Source: the human T2T-CHM13v2.0 reference genome, Homo sapiens
Reading direction: 5' to 3' (one strand)
NCBI RefSeq assembly: GCF_009914755.1
Contig: NC_060934.1
DNA length: 64,000 nt
A model generated the notes under the pieces. That model was not told where the DNA came from, ran no database searches, and worked only from the letters and a program-made list of their open reading frames with translations. Positions 29,101 to 47,258 of the stretch are shown piece by piece (the first letter of the stretch is position 1; each line of letters begins with the position of its first letter). The position numbers and the translations under genes were made by a program.

Positions 29101-29739
29101 TTTCATGCAATACTTGTTTTTTTATAGTAAATACAGATAAGCAATCCATTCATACCTACATACCCATAACCCCAATTCCAGAAGTCATTATTGTTAACAT
29201 TTTGGTGAAAACATATCCAGGTTTGTTTGTTCTAAACTTTTGTTGTACTATGGTGTGGACCTCCTGCTCTACCAAAATAAAATAGCGGACCTGGTGTACC
29301 CTGCCTCCCTGTTTTGTCTAATACCTAGACACAAATTTGCTTCAAAACAAATATTTATTGATAAGTCATGTTATTGATATGTGCCAGGAATTTTGTTAGC
29401 CCCTGTGGATTTGCGAGACAGACACAGTCCAAACCCTCCAGACACTGTTGCCTAGGAGGAGGGGACAGTGACATTTGATACTTTCAGCACTCTCCATTAC
29501 AGTCTTTACAGTGGTATGAAGGGGAAGCCTAAACCAGAACCGCCTAACCTCACCTGGCCAGGTCAGGGGAGCTGCTGCGGAACGTGAGGCTCAAACAGAC
29601 ATGGCAGATGAATGGAAATTGACAGAAGAGAAGGCGAAGGCCAACCAGCACAAATGACTGGCACACACACCGGCGCCAAGATAAAGGACCCAGAGGAGAG
29701 CTGGTGGATGGTCCATTGTACTGTGTCTGAAGACACCTC

Positions 29740-29890
29740 AAGTGGCTATGGGACCACTAGCATTAAAATCACGTATGTACTAGTTAAAAATGAAGTGTTC
29801 TGGCCCCCATGCCGGATGCACTAAATCAGCATCTTTTTCTCTTTTAACGCGTTCCAGGCACTGGGATACAAGTTGAAGTTTGATAGCCAA
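29740..29890. mobile_element. MER5-family fragment
   Basis: GGGACCACTAGCATTAAAATCAC...GTTAAAAATG...AAATCAGCATCT. Confidence 0.55.
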
Positions 29891-30048
29891 AGCCCTAGAG
29901 TCTCCATTGCTTGTGTGTAATGGCCGGGGAGCTCTTGCAGTGCAAGTCTTACAGGGTCTTCCAGAACCAGCTCAGCAAGGGACTCCACGGGAGGCATGGG
30001 GGACAGGCATATTTGCCGAACCACAAAAAGCAAATGAATGAAGGTTAG

Positions 30049-30224
30049 TTACCATATTTCATCAACTGCACGGGCACTTTTTTTTTTCTCTCACATTTTA
30101 ACTTCTCTGAAATTGGAATGCACTTATAATCAATGGCAAGTAGTAATTTCATCAATAGCCTTGTCTTCCTTTTTTGGAATGAAGCAAATAAAATGGCGTG
30201 CCTTCTGCGTGATGAAATACAGCA
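30049..30224. mobile_element. MER104-like TcMar-Tc2 MITE
   Basis: Terminal inverted repeats TACCATATTTCATCA ... TGATGAAATACAGCA; internal CACATTTTAACTTCTCTGAAATTGGAATG. Confidence 0.7.
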
Positions 30225-31177
30225 GTTGTCTTCCCCCACAGTCCCCCAGGCTCTCCTTCCTCATCGAGAAGACCCACCGAGGGGATAGTCTACATCCTTC
30301 AGAATATTTGCTGCCATGTTAATTTGTACTGCATGAACTTTCTCCTTGGACACAATTTTGCCCCTGATATCTTTCATCACTTTCTTCTGGCACCTGTTTC
30401 ATTTTTGCCTTTAGTCACAGAGTCTCGTTTAAAAAAAAAAAATTGAAATCTGTTCCTGGGGTGCATCTTCTGGATTTATAGAGGTATCTCTATAAATAAA
30501 AATCTCAATAACCAGGAAACTGAGTTCAGAATGCTTCCTCTGCAACTGAGACCAACTGAAAGAATGAAACAGAAAGGCAGAGCATTCAGGAGTGAAACTT
30601 GATATCTGAACAGAGAGGCCTGTTCTGGAATTTCCAAGGCTGTGGGCTCCATCTCGGGCAGGAAGGCAGTGACAAAGGCCCTTCCTGGGGACTTCCTAGT
30701 AGGATGCAGGGGTCTGTGTGGTTCCATCCCTCTCTGTGTCATCTAGTCCTAACCTTTCCTCTTCCCCGACCCCAGTCTCACCCACCAGCTGCCCCTGCCC
30801 CAGCTGCCCTGATGGTTTTCTTCTAAAGATGTTAGGACCCTCATGTACAGCCTCTGCCTCTGCAGAAAATGGGAAGAGCCTCCTCTGCAGAGCACACAAT
30901 GATGGATGAGGTCTGCTGTTCCTAGAACCCAGAAACTTGGCATCTAGACCCCTGTGTTTGCCATTCACCTCTTCTCATGTATCCCTATTATGAACAGCAA
31001 GGGCCACTGTCCAGGCAAAGTCATTTCCTCTATGGAAGGGGCATCTCCCAGGAATGTGAGAGTTTGCACTTGACAGACCCTGGAACTAAATTACACAGAC
31101 AACTGCTTACAGATAACCCTCTTGGCCTTGTGGCTGCTCCCTTGTTAAACTGAAGGCACTACTAACCCGCCCCCAAC

Positions 31178-31325
31178 CTTTTTTTTTTTTTTGAGACAAA
31201 GTCTCCCCGTTGCCCAGGCTGGAGTGCAGTGGCATGATATTGGCTCACTGCAGCCTCAAACTCTTGGCCTCAAGTGATCCTCCTTCCTGAGTCTCCCAAA
31301 GTGGGGGGATTAAAGATGTGAACCC
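31178..31325 (-). mobile_element. Alu fragment
   Basis: Short, reverse, J-like. Confidence 0.8.
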
Positions 31326-31559
31326 CCCTTTTCTTTGGGGCAGCATGTTTCATTTTTTGGTGAGACAAAATCATCCGTGCTGCCTTTGAGGTTCTGGTCA
31401 CATCAGTTAGTCACAGAGACACGGGACACACACAAGCTGCTTGGTATTGCCGTCTAGTGAGCTTCCATCTGCCCTGGGGCTAATGCTCAGCTCATTGGTG
31501 GGTTAATTGTGTCAGGGCTTGCCAGTTGCCAATCAATAACTACTGTAACTCTTTTTTAG

Positions 31560-32335
31560 CAACAGAACTTTGATCTTATTTAGAACCACAGCGGCGCCCA
31601 GTTAAGTGGACTACATTTCCAAGACTCCCTTGCAGCTTGACTATGTGACTGAATTCTTGCAGATGGAATACAGTCCTCCTGGGGTATGCAGGCAATTGGT
31701 ATCAGGTCCCTGAAGGACACCAAAATCCATGGATGCTTAAGTCTCTTGTATAAAATGATGTAGTATTTGCATATAATATTTATATGTCCTTCTGTAAACT
31801 TTAAGTCATCTCTAGATTACTTATGATAGTTAATACGATGTAAATACTGTGTAGTTATTATACTGTGATAGTTGTATTCTTAAGTTGTTGTCTTGTTATT
31901 TTGTTTCTTTTTCTTGATATTTTTGATCTGCAGTTGGTTGAATTTGTGGATGCAGAACCTGTGAATGTAGAGGGCTGACTGTATATGCAGAAGAGTGTAG
32001 GACTTCCTGGAAGTCTCTTTAAAGGAAGCTAACTCATCTGGGAGGATAATTCTTCCTCTTGTCAGCTGCCTAGAAAGTGTCCAAGATAGCCAGCACTATA
32101 GCAGCCATCTTGGACCATGAGGTTACTTGCCTTCAGGATGGAAGCCATTGCAAAGATGCTGGAAAAGAAAGATACAAGGAATCCGGATCCCTGATTGCCA
32201 AGGAGCTTCCGTGCTAGCCCTGGACTGCCTGTCTCTGGGCTCCTTTGAAGTGTGAGAGAGATAAGTTTCCACTTCACCTAAACCACTGCTATTTTCAATT
32301 TTCTGGCATAGGCAGCTTAACCCAATCCTAACAAA
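31560..32335. mobile_element. MLT1 LTR with nested MER2 (31670-31982)
   Basis: ACTACATTTCCAAGACTCCCTTGCAGC and GCAGCCATCTTGGACCATGAGG flank a TA-bounded MER2 (CCAAAATCCATGGATGCT...GAGGGCTGACTG). Confidence 0.8.
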
Positions 32336-32672
32336 TGCATTTAGCATTGTAAGAGTGTTACCTTTGAATTTCATGACTAAATAGAGGATCATTCTGTCAT
32401 CCTCCTAGGATATAACAAGCTAAAAGGAGCAGCATGGATGTTGGGGTTAACGTGAATAGGTCTGAATCCCTGCTTGGCTGCTAGCTGTGTGCTGCAGGCA
32501 ATAATTCAGTCTCTCTGTACCTGTTTTGTCTCCCACAAAATGGTGTGCATTAAATTAATTAATGCATATAATATGCGATGCCCACAGTAAGGAACCAACA
32601 ATGTTAGTTTCCTTGTCTTCCCCTCTTCCTCATGTTGTGCATTTTATTTTAAATACTTAAAAAATTGTAAGT

Positions 32673-34137
<1,465 letters not shown>

Positions 34138-35853
34138 TACAACAAACAATCACGGTTAATGTACAGGACAGAGTGGGGAAGTCAAGAGAAGAAACATTGA
34201 CCAGGGTCTCCAGAATAAATCTCATCTAACTCCAAGAAAAGCTGGGCTTTCCAGCAGAAACCAAACCAGAGGCATATGGGCTAGCACTCAGTTTCCCATG
34301 GAGTTTTGGTCCCCAAAACCCTGAGCAACGTAGGACTGTAGGACTGGCAGCTTTTCCAGCCAGTCAATTGCAAGCTGACCACTTGGGGAAACACTGCTGT
34401 GTGGGGTAGAAGCAGAAAGGCGATTTAGCTGGTGAGACACAAATATCTCCAAAACTAAGTGTATTTAAAAGGACCCCAGCAGCCAAATAGTGAGAAAAGC
34501 AGTCTATGTGGGTGACTGCAGATTAATACCTTGGGCTGACTGCCCAGTTTATAAACATCCTAGTGCCCTGCCCTAACGTAAGAAAAATATGTCAGGAGAA
34601 TTCAATATTGTCAGTCCCTTGGCTGGGCCATAGCGACGGTGATGGGGAGATGCACGATAAGTTACTGGAATGGGGGAAGTGGACCACCCTGGTGAGAGAA
34701 ATAATGGCAGGACTCCCACCCTGGCCATGACCCAGTCCGCAGTCACGTACAGACGTAGTTTTCCAATTGTTTTACTCTTGAACCCTTCTGGCAGGACAAA
34801 AGACCCTATGGACGTTCAGGTTTGCCAGAAAATAGTTATATAAGCTTAGAGTTGGAAGAAACCAGCTAACTGAGCTCAATCTCCCTCTCCACTTACAGGA
34901 TGAAGTGTTCCAGGGAAAGGGGGTCAATGTCACAGCTAGTTAATGGCAGAGCCAGGCCCAGGATGAGTCCCCCAATTCCTGGGTTGTGTGTTTCATCTTC
35001 TAACATTAATGTGGTCAAGGGATTTTTTTCAGTTATATTTTAATATGTGGATTAACTTATCAACCAACTAGGGGATAGTCCTTACTTTAAAACACACATC
35101 TTAGTGTGATCTGAAATTTCATACTACTTAGAGGGCCCCGGGATACTCAAGCTTTGGGGCTCTGCACATGTGGAGCCAAGGAAGAAATGAGGAAAACAGC
35201 TTACAAAAGCTTACAGGAGAGAGAGGAAGCCTACACTGGAAAGAAGGACCATGTTTTTAAAAACTCAGAAACAACAGCTTAGAGGTTTATTGGTCTGACA
35301 ATAGAAACGATTGGAGAGTATGATGTTGCACTGAGTCTCCCTCTGCTTCCAGAATAGCCCTACAAGACAGAGGCCTGGATGGTAAAACCTACAACACTTC
35401 CAGGCAAGTATTTTCCCCAGAAGGCACTGCTCTAGCTTCATTCTCCATGCAGTCAACACCCACAATGTGCTGGAGGTTCTCTATATATTGGATTCTTATG
35501 TTCCTTTGGTAGGAGAGGCTGGGGAGGACACAGAAGCCAGGGATGTGATGTGTACAAAGTCACATGGTTATTGATAGAGTCAATATTCACACCCAGTTCC
35601 CAAATTAACTCTAGGCCTCTTTCCACAATGTCAGTAAGCCTTGGGGGAGATGTAAACAGGAGCTTTAACTCCCGGGAAATCCCAGTGGAGACCAAAGGTG
35701 CTGGAACCCTGTGGGCTACCTGTCCCTGCATTACCCACACCATCTGAGCTGCTCCCCGTGCAGCCTGCTGCCCGCCCTTCAGGAACCAGCCTCTAGGGCA
35801 GCTCTTGCACCCACAGTAAAAGACAACGGACATAGGTACTTTCATGCAAAATC

Positions 35854-35859
35854 TTTATT
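35854..35859 (-). terminator. Distal polyadenylation signal AATAAA of JCAD
   Basis: Minus strand reads CCAAATAAAGATTTTGCATGAAAGTA, then GU/U-rich TGTCCGTTGTCTTTT, with UGUA upstream. Confidence 0.8.
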
Positions 35860-36148
35860 TGGAACATGTATGTTACTGAGCAGGCCAGCCGCCATCCTGA
35901 AATAGCAAGGATATTTACACTGTGCAGAGAAATACAAGAGCTTCTTGAAGACATTCATCTGTGCTTTGCCGGCATTTTATCTGCTACTTTGTCCTGCTTC
36001 TCTCTTCCCTGTGCTCATTATTCTTCATGCACCCTCACCTCTCATCACCTTAAGGCATCCTGTACCAGCCTGATCTGGGGGCGATGACTGCAGCCGGCAA
36101 TCGGCCATTACCAATGGTGTCTTTCTGGGACCCTTTCTACCTGTCTTA

Positions 36149-36490
<342 letters not shown>

Positions 36491-39319
36491 TCATTGATTT
36501 TTATAATCTGGAAATGACTGCTTTTCCCCTTGCTGGGACATATGGTTTTCATTTCTGTTTGCTGCCATATGCTTCTCAACTTGAACTTGCCTTTGTCTCC
36601 TTGCTCCGTGACAATGAATGTCTCACATCTCGGCTCTGCTGCGGGGCAGGGGTGAAGGGAGGTGGAAGAAAGAAGAGATGGTCCTTTGGCTTGGTTGTAA
36701 GCCCTAGTAGGGCCTGTCTTTCATACGGAAAGGGTTCCTCCTAACCCCTATCAAAGCATGGGGATGAACGGCCAGACAATCTGGGCTTGCCTTTGGGTTT
36801 AAGTTTCAGTCACTAAACAGAGACCACAGAACAAGGACCTCCCTGTCCTCTGCTGTATTCGTACACACAAGTATCGCAGAGGCTTTCCAAGGTCGATGCC
36901 AGGAATCTGCAGGAGCCTTGGCTGCCTTCCCACACTGCTGATGAACCAAGGACTGTTTCGACAGGCAGGTTGCTAGCCCACATCAACCTTTTCAAGAGGC
37001 CTCAATCTGAATTTATGGTCTTAATGACTCCCTTTTTATTTCTTTCCAACAAAACCTGCAGGCTGGAGGCCATTCTTCCTTTAATGTTATTTTATCATCT
37101 CCCCCTTCTTAGTGTGGTGGGTCCCAGAGTGGACCAACCCACACTCCTGGAGAAGGACCTCCCGCCATGCAGATTCTTAAAGGTCACTGGAATGTGTCTC
37201 TTAAATCCTGTCCTGAGTAGCAACTCTCCTCCCACAGACAGATGTACAGAATCTGCAGTCAAAAACAAAACAAAAAGAAAATGCAAAAATCCCCCAGCCT
37301 GCAACAGCTTCGGCTTAAGAAACACACTCCCACCCCACATCCCGTCTTTTAAGCTTCATCTCCCCTGCATAAATGGGTCTGGTAGAACAATGCTCCCCAA
37401 CGCTAAAGTAATTGCTTCTAAGAACTTAGGACATGGGAAATGTTTCTCTAAGCTCAAATATGGATAGAAAGACAATTCTGCTGCACTGGTCACTTTGCAA
37501 GAGATGCTATCCTGACATTTAATTGTGTATTATTTAATCATTTAAAACAAACAATAATAAAAAACTCAGCCAGAACACGCAAACGTGATCTCTGGGGGTC
37601 ACAAGATGAAATGGTAGGTGAATGTTATCTTCTATCAGCCCCTTTTGCCTCCGAGTTGGGAAAGTAGTTGTTTCAACAGATCAGCTTCATCCTTTTTCTT
37701 CAGAAGCCCCAAACCGAGATGCTGTCAGAATAAGTCATTTTGCTGCTGCAAAAAATGATCACAGTCTGGTTTCTGAGTCATCTGAGTTTTAAAACGTAAA
37801 CTTCCATTAACAACGGCCCTTCACCAACAGTAAAATGGGGCAGCAAAAGTTCTACTTAGAATTTCCACGTGAATGAAACCCGCAACCTACAACTCTGCTA
37901 AGGAAACCAGGATCTCAAAGAACAGATTCATGTTTTAGGGACTTTAAAAGAAGAAATCCAAGCAGTTATGCACATGGACATAATCCTGAAAACCCAGTCA
38001 GGGGCTGGGTGCACTGTCAGTGAGGAGTTTTTCTGTACTTTGCAGAAACATGAGGTTGAAAGTGATAATATAGATATTTGGTTTTCAGTCATTCAGAAAT
38101 TTTCTTCAAAGAAAGGCAATTTGAGCTAAATTACCATCATTTTCCCTTCTTTTGCAAATCAAGAAATACTAATCCATTGCATATGTAATCCCTCATATAA
38201 TTTTTAGCCCAAATGGTCAAAATTACAACTTTTAATTTTATGAGCTCCAAATTATTAAACACCAACAGTAAATTGTGTGCATGAGAAGAACAAAGACAAA
38301 TACAAAATATAGAAACTTTTTCTTCCAGCCACAAAAAACGAAGTTATGTATGTATGAGAAATAGAAACAATAACTAAACAATTAGTGTTAAATTCAAGAC
38401 CTCTGGGAAAGCTGTTGTTGGTTATAGGCTATTATTTACCTTAGAATATGAAAGTTTAAAGGTCAAATTTTCAAGTTAAACTTTTCAAGTTACCTTCCCC
38501 CCAAAAAAGATTTACATGTAGGCTTAAATTTAGAACAGTTAAAGTATAAATGTTGAAAATTTCAACTTAATTCAGAATGGTTTCAGAAAGATATGATACA
38601 ACAATTTAAGATAACAAAACAGAAGCGCATCACATTTTGGTTTGAGAATCACAGAAGGTACAACAGTTTTTCTTCCTTGGGGATCCTTCTCTTTCTCTTG
38701 AGGAATGAGCTAAAATTAAGTTATTTTGATTCAAAGAGGTATTTAGATGGTATCAACAAAATTTCAGAGGAAATCAGAACGGAGTTCATATACATGTATG
38801 GGTATGTGTGCATACATGTACGAGTATACATGTGCACGTATATAAATGTATATACACATATACCTTCTTACGTTTGCATTTAAAGAGGGAAGACCCCACA
38901 AAGACCTCCAGGCGCCTCAGCCCTTATTTGGTACTACCAGGTGACTTCAATGATTCACCAGCTACAACAGTGTCTGAACTCTTCCCCACTCAACTTTTCC
39001 TGGGAAGAGGATCTTTTTGTTTCCTGCACTTATTGCTGCTGTGAAAACTGGAGTGCACTCTCACTTTTCATAAGAGCTGAATTCTGGACTGCAGATAAGT
39101 GTTTTGAAAAGGCTTGGAAAGATTTTTCGGGGCGACTTAGGTTCTGTTTTGTTTGTTACAGTCCAAATACATAAAGTTATTATGAAATAAAATCATACGG
39201 TACAGATGAGAACAGGCCGGGACAGCCCGGCCAGCCGTTTTAGGGCCAAAGGACAGATCACCCAACGGTTCACATTTTAGGAATTCGAAATGTCTAAAAA
39301 TAGATAAGGTGGTTTCTCT

Positions 39320-39462
39320 AAAAGAAAAGAAAATGAAAGAGAAGGGGAAAAAATAAAAGGGAAAAGGAGGACAGGGTGAAGGAAGGAGGGCAAGAGGTAG
39401 CAAGGGAGGGAGGACAGAAGGAAGGAAGAAAGGAAGGAAGGGAGGGAGGGAGGGAGGGGAAA
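39320..39462 (+). repeat. Purine-rich low-complexity tract (CU-rich in the mRNA)
   Basis: Direct reading. Confidence 0.9.
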
Positions 39463-40918
39463 TGATTTAGGGAATGTTAGTTGTCAGGAATACCTTACTT
39501 AGAAAGAAGGAAAAAAATGCATGAAAAAATGCATAAACTTTGTGCAGGTTAATGCAGTATTAAACACAGTAGAATACATAGGCCTCATAATGCTTTTGTA
39601 ATGGCATATATATAATGTCCCCAAGCACTTTCTAAAAATATGCAGAGACTAATTCAAGATCATTCTAGATAAAAATACGTATTTCTTTAAAGGGGTGGGG
39701 TGGCAGGGTGGGAAGAAAAGCATGGTCTCAGGGTAGATCCCCACACACATACAAAGATAAAACTATGTTTTTTGGTAATTCTAGTTGATACGGCAGCAAA
39801 AATTGTCATGACAATGTTGGCTGGTTTTCAGAGGGTTATTTTCAAATATAACCTGATAGCTACACTTGTACAAAAATCTTTGTGAAAAGTTTCTTTTATT
39901 AACCCTGTGATATGTCTATATTGACATTTTCTAAGATAAAATAAAAGTAGCAGAGTTGTCAGTGGGTAAGGGACAGAGCTTTAAAGCAAAAGTGAACCCT
40001 CTTTGGGTTCCTCTCACACAAAGGGATACAGACTCTTAAATAAAATAATACTTCCTTAAAAATCTGCCGCCTAACAATTGTTTACATCATAGAAAAATAG
40101 CATTTTCGTAAAAAGAAATATAGTCACTTTGTTAAAATGGTCTATTTTAAACCAGCAATTATTTTTCATATAAAGAATTTCTAAATACCCATACAGAAAA
40201 TAAAAATAGATAATACTGAGTGCAAAGCAGACAATGGCGTGTTTGCAAATGATCAAAATATTTCACTGCCAGATAAATAATACTCTTAGTATATTACAGT
40301 ACAAGTTTTAATTTTTCAGGAACTTAAAAGATATTGCTTTTATTCTCTGATGGCAAGTTACTTATAAGTAAAGTTACTTCCAGCAGCAGAAGGCCAAATT
40401 GATTAGAAATGGATCATACCTATTGATTCACATTTCCCCTAAACTGAAAGTGCTGAAACACCGGGCAACAGCCAGTGTCCCAAACTCCTTCACAAGAGCA
40501 TGGACTGCAGGCCATGGAGACACAGAGGGGAGCACACCATTCACAGGCCTTTCCAAAGCATTTGCTAGATCTTCCACATTGAAATCTTCACCCAGAATGA
40601 GAGCAACACCAAACTATTTACCAGCTTAGTCAAATCTGTCATGAGGGAGGGTTTCTGTGAAAACTCCTTCCTAATTATAGGCATTAAATCTTCATGCTAT
40701 AAAAACAGATGGTTTCAACGGACGATTGCTTTATCGCCACAAAGCAATTCTGAGAGGATGGCAAGTTTCCTAGTGGCAGTGGTAAAGAATGTTATCAGGA
40801 TGCTAAAAACTCAGCAGCTTCCAGCTTCTACATGGGGAAGTGGGGCTGATAGACTAAATCTACCAGCTACTTGAGAATACTCAATTCGCAACGGAATGCA
40901 AGCTCCACCGGCATTTCA

Positions 40919-40953
40919 TCACACCCTCTCCACTCTGCTAGGGTCATAGGAAT
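40919..40953 (-). CDS. JCAD: JCAD last coding segment, (D)SYDPSRVERV-stop
   Basis: Pyrimidine-rich acceptor TTTTCTTATTTTACAG|AT. The G left by the upstream donor completes GAT (Asp) in frame. The stop is TGA, followed immediately by a second TGA. Confidence 0.95.
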
Positions 40954-41307
40954 CTGTAAAATAAGAAAAGAAAAGAAAATTAGTGTTATATTCAACTGCT
41001 CTATTTTCTGTTTAATCCTTAGACCACGAATTTGTCTAGGGAACAAAATCTACAAGTGTATAAAGGTTAATTTTTAGACATTTTAACAATCATGTTTTCA
41101 CTAAGGAGTAAAAAACTATTTGTCAAAAAGGCTGTTTTCAAAGAATTGTGCATAGTCATTACCCAAACACAGATGGGAAAATATGAACTGCTGAATACTT
41201 CGGCGGCTCCTTCCTGTTCACCGTGGAATATACTTCACTTTAAACGCAATGTTTCCAAACTGGCAGTGATGTGTTTGGCTGATATTAAGGTAGATGTCTT
41301 ATCTTTC

Positions 41308-41338
<31 letters not shown>

Positions 41339-41854
41339 TTTTTTGGTAAATTACAGCTCAAAAGAAAGCTTGCTTTAGAATACGCATCTTTGTGATCAAA
41401 CGCTGTCCCTTGAAGGCGTGAGGATCCTCAAATCCTGACTGCTTGGCTGGCAGAGAGAGGCTTTCTGTCTCTCATCACCACTGACCACTAGGCAGCCCCA
41501 GGGCTGGATGCTCACCTGTCAGCGCAAGGCTTCTAGAGCCTTCTAACACAGGTATGTACGAGTCTGGCCCCTCACGCACTGATCCATTCTACTGCCGTCA
41601 ATGGAAAAATCCCAATCTGTGCCCAGATGACCTGGATTTCTAAAACGGGACACCATACAAAAGAGCAATCATCCTAAACTGCCACTACTGCTGCTGCTGG
41701 GTGCTGCCAAGTCCCACAACCTCCAATTCACAGATGTCTGTCTGGAATCCAGACAAACCTAAGGCTTACACGTGCGCCTCCTGTGGTAAGATTTTCCTGC
41801 CATAGCAGCTCAAAGGCTTCTTATTTTTTAAAGAGAAAATGTCTAAGCAATCTG

Positions 41855-42975
<1,121 letters not shown>

Positions 42976-43066
42976 AGGAAAAAAAACAGCAAGTCTCGGC
43001 ATGGTCAAAAAAGGTGATTCACTTAAAAAAAAAAAAAAAGGAAATCTGGAAGTATCTGAAAAGTTA

Positions 43067-43435
<369 letters not shown>

Positions 43436-43977
43436 TTAAAAAGGCCATAGACATTCCAATTTTTCCAGCAGCAAAATGTCTTACACATCCTCCTCACTCC
43501 TTTTCAACCTGGCTGAGACAGATGTATGATACAACAGGTATCACGACTGTGATGACTGAGACAGCATTCAGAGTACTTAAAGCCCTACATTACTACCCAG
43601 ATGGGACAGTCTCTGCATTTAGGAAAAGAAGTTTGCTCAAACGTCATCAGCTGCACGCAGGAATAATCTGGCTAAAAGGAAGGGGAGTTCACATAAATTC
43701 TTTCTGACTGTTGATGCTTAACAACATCCATGAAACAATATAAGACATTAATAGCTGGGTGCTTCATTTCTGTGCTCAATCAGCCTCAGAGTGTTCACAT
43801 TCTGAGAGGGTCCTCCTGTGAGCAAAGGTGTCTTTTTCTCCATTGAGAATAAGGTGTGCGGTCATGAAATTATGAGAACGTGTGGAAGTCACACTTCGGC
43901 TAGTGGGAGCACCTGTTATTAAGATGCTTAGTTTCTTCCAGGCTAAGCCTCACATTACATAACACTAGGCATGGAAC

Positions 43978-45327
43978 AGGCCATGCCATGTCTGTCTGTA
44001 CCACCCCACCCAACACACACACCCTTCGAGACCCTTACTATCTGTGCTGTGTTGTACCTACCATCAAGTGTCTTTAGATTACAGATGGTCATTTCAGCTC
44101 ACACCTTTTTAGTGGTCTTTTGTGCCAGGCACACTAGAGACACCTCCACAGGACACACCTGCTGCCCACAGTCCCCTGGGCTCTTTCTTCAGCTCATGGA
44201 CTATCCAGGTCCAGTAAAATTATAACGTGGGCCACAAAACATTATTTTTTAGAGACAGGGTCTCACTCTGTCACCCAAGCTAGAGTGCAGTGGCACAATC
44301 ACAGCTCACTGCAGCCTCAAACTCCTGGACTGAAGTGATCCTCCTCCCTCAGCCTCCCAAGTAGTTGGGACTACAGACATGCACTACCAAGCCTAATTTT
44401 GTTTTTCAGTTTTTGTAGAGATGGGGGTCTCGCTATGTTGCCCAGGCTGGTTTTGGGCTCAGATGATCCTCCCACCTCTGCCTCCGAAAGTACTGGGATT
44501 ACAATCATGAGCCGCCATGCCCAACCATCATTATTTTAAATGTTCTAGTAGCTATGTTGAAACACATAAAAATAAACAGGTGAAATTAATTTTAATACTG
44601 TATTTCACCAAATATATTCAAAATATCATTTCAATATGTAACCAATATAAAAATTATTGAGACATTTTAGATTCTTTTTTTGTACTAAGTCTTTGGAATC
44701 TGGTGTGTATCTTACACTTACAGCACATCTCAATTTGCATGAGCCATATTTCAAGTGCCCAGTAGCTGTATGTGATGAGCGGCTACAATATTGGACAGCA
44801 CAGGTCTAGAGGGTAGGGTGGTTACCCGGAGAATTTAGAATCCTGTTTCCTGTGGGCTCCATTTCAGCTGAGGACAACTCACTGAGGACTGCCCTGGTGG
44901 GTATTTCACACATTAACGCCCTCAGAGATGTGCTAACATCTAGCCTTCTCATGGCATGATCTGGTATCATGAAGCCTTCCCCGATTTCCCTCATTTTGGG
45001 CCTCACACAGATATCTCTTCTCATTCTTCCCCTGGACTCATATTAACAGAGTTTGCAACAGAGGATGATGGAACCAGGAGGTTCTGTGTACGATCAATGC
45101 CTGGGATGACACTTCCGAATTGGAGCATCAGTCATCCAGCAAAGATGGGAGTCTGTGACCCGAACTCGTTTTGGGCTGTTGATTTCTTAACCAGAGGCAT
45201 GAAAGACCACTAAAGACATGTGAGCTGAAACGACCAACTTTAATCTCAAGACACTTGATGATATGACAGGCACGGCACAAGGGTGTGTGTGTAGGGTGGG
45301 GTGGTGCGGATAGACATGGCATGGCCT
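43978..45327. repeat. Inverted repeat, arms 43978-44126 and 45196-45327
   Basis: AGGCCATGCCATGTCT...CACCCCACCC.ACACACACACCCTT...CATCAAGTGTCTT...TTTCAGCTCACA...TTTAGTGGTCTTT is present on both strands. Confidence 0.9.
44205..44805. mobile_element. MER33-like element with nested AluJ (44245-44525, -)
   Basis: AAACAGGTGAAATTAATTTTAATA...ACAGCACATCTCAATTTG...ATATTGGACAGCACAG. Confidence 0.85.
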
Positions 45328-45728
45328 TGTGTTACAGTGCCAGAACAGATGCTTGAATTTAAATGGGCTACAAATTTAGGAGCAATGAAGCAGTTCTAGC
45401 ATGCTGGGGTCATGGGGGCAGCAGTGCAGTGGGGAAGAGATGAGGATTCTGTTTAAAATGATTAAATACATCAAAAGGAAAGCAAAGTCCAAGCGCTTCT
45501 CAGTGACTTAACAACAAGGCTTTACTCTAACTTGTGAAGCAACAGTGAGCGGAAAAGTGGACATACGTCAAAAGTATTACTACCTCCATCATATGACCTC
45601 AGTTGCTCTAAAGACGAGTGGTTTTGAATATTGAGGCCTGGTGACCATCACATGAAAGGCCCACAGGGGGCCACCTGAGCAAAACAAATGTAAGATATCG
45701 TCCCTAATGGTGCTCTCCCCTCCGATTA

Positions 45729-46623
<895 letters not shown>

Positions 46624-46944
46624 TACTTGAAAATGCCCGAGGAAGCTGTCAACATGAGTGGCTCTCTGCCTGCAGATTTTTGGCCATTTTATTGTATATT
46701 AGCAAATGCATCAGATGGAGAGGAGAAAAAAATAATTAAATTTTCTGCTTGTTAGTAGCAGTGGTTAAAAAAAAAACCCAAAAACGTCATGAGGGAGGTG
46801 TTGTTAATAACTGGCTAAAATTAAAATTTGCATTACCTGGGTGTTTTTAGATACCTACTGGACCTTCTCACACTAAATAGTCAAGTTAAAAATTGAAGGA
46901 GTGCTTTTCTGAACTGGAAATTTTGTGTTATCAAATACTCCCTA

Positions 46945-47258
<314 letters not shown>

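Noticed and set aside
36970-37467. 165-aa plus-strand ORF antisense to the JCAD 3' UTR
   Set aside because: Non-ATG start, no recognisable homology and no splice or promoter context.
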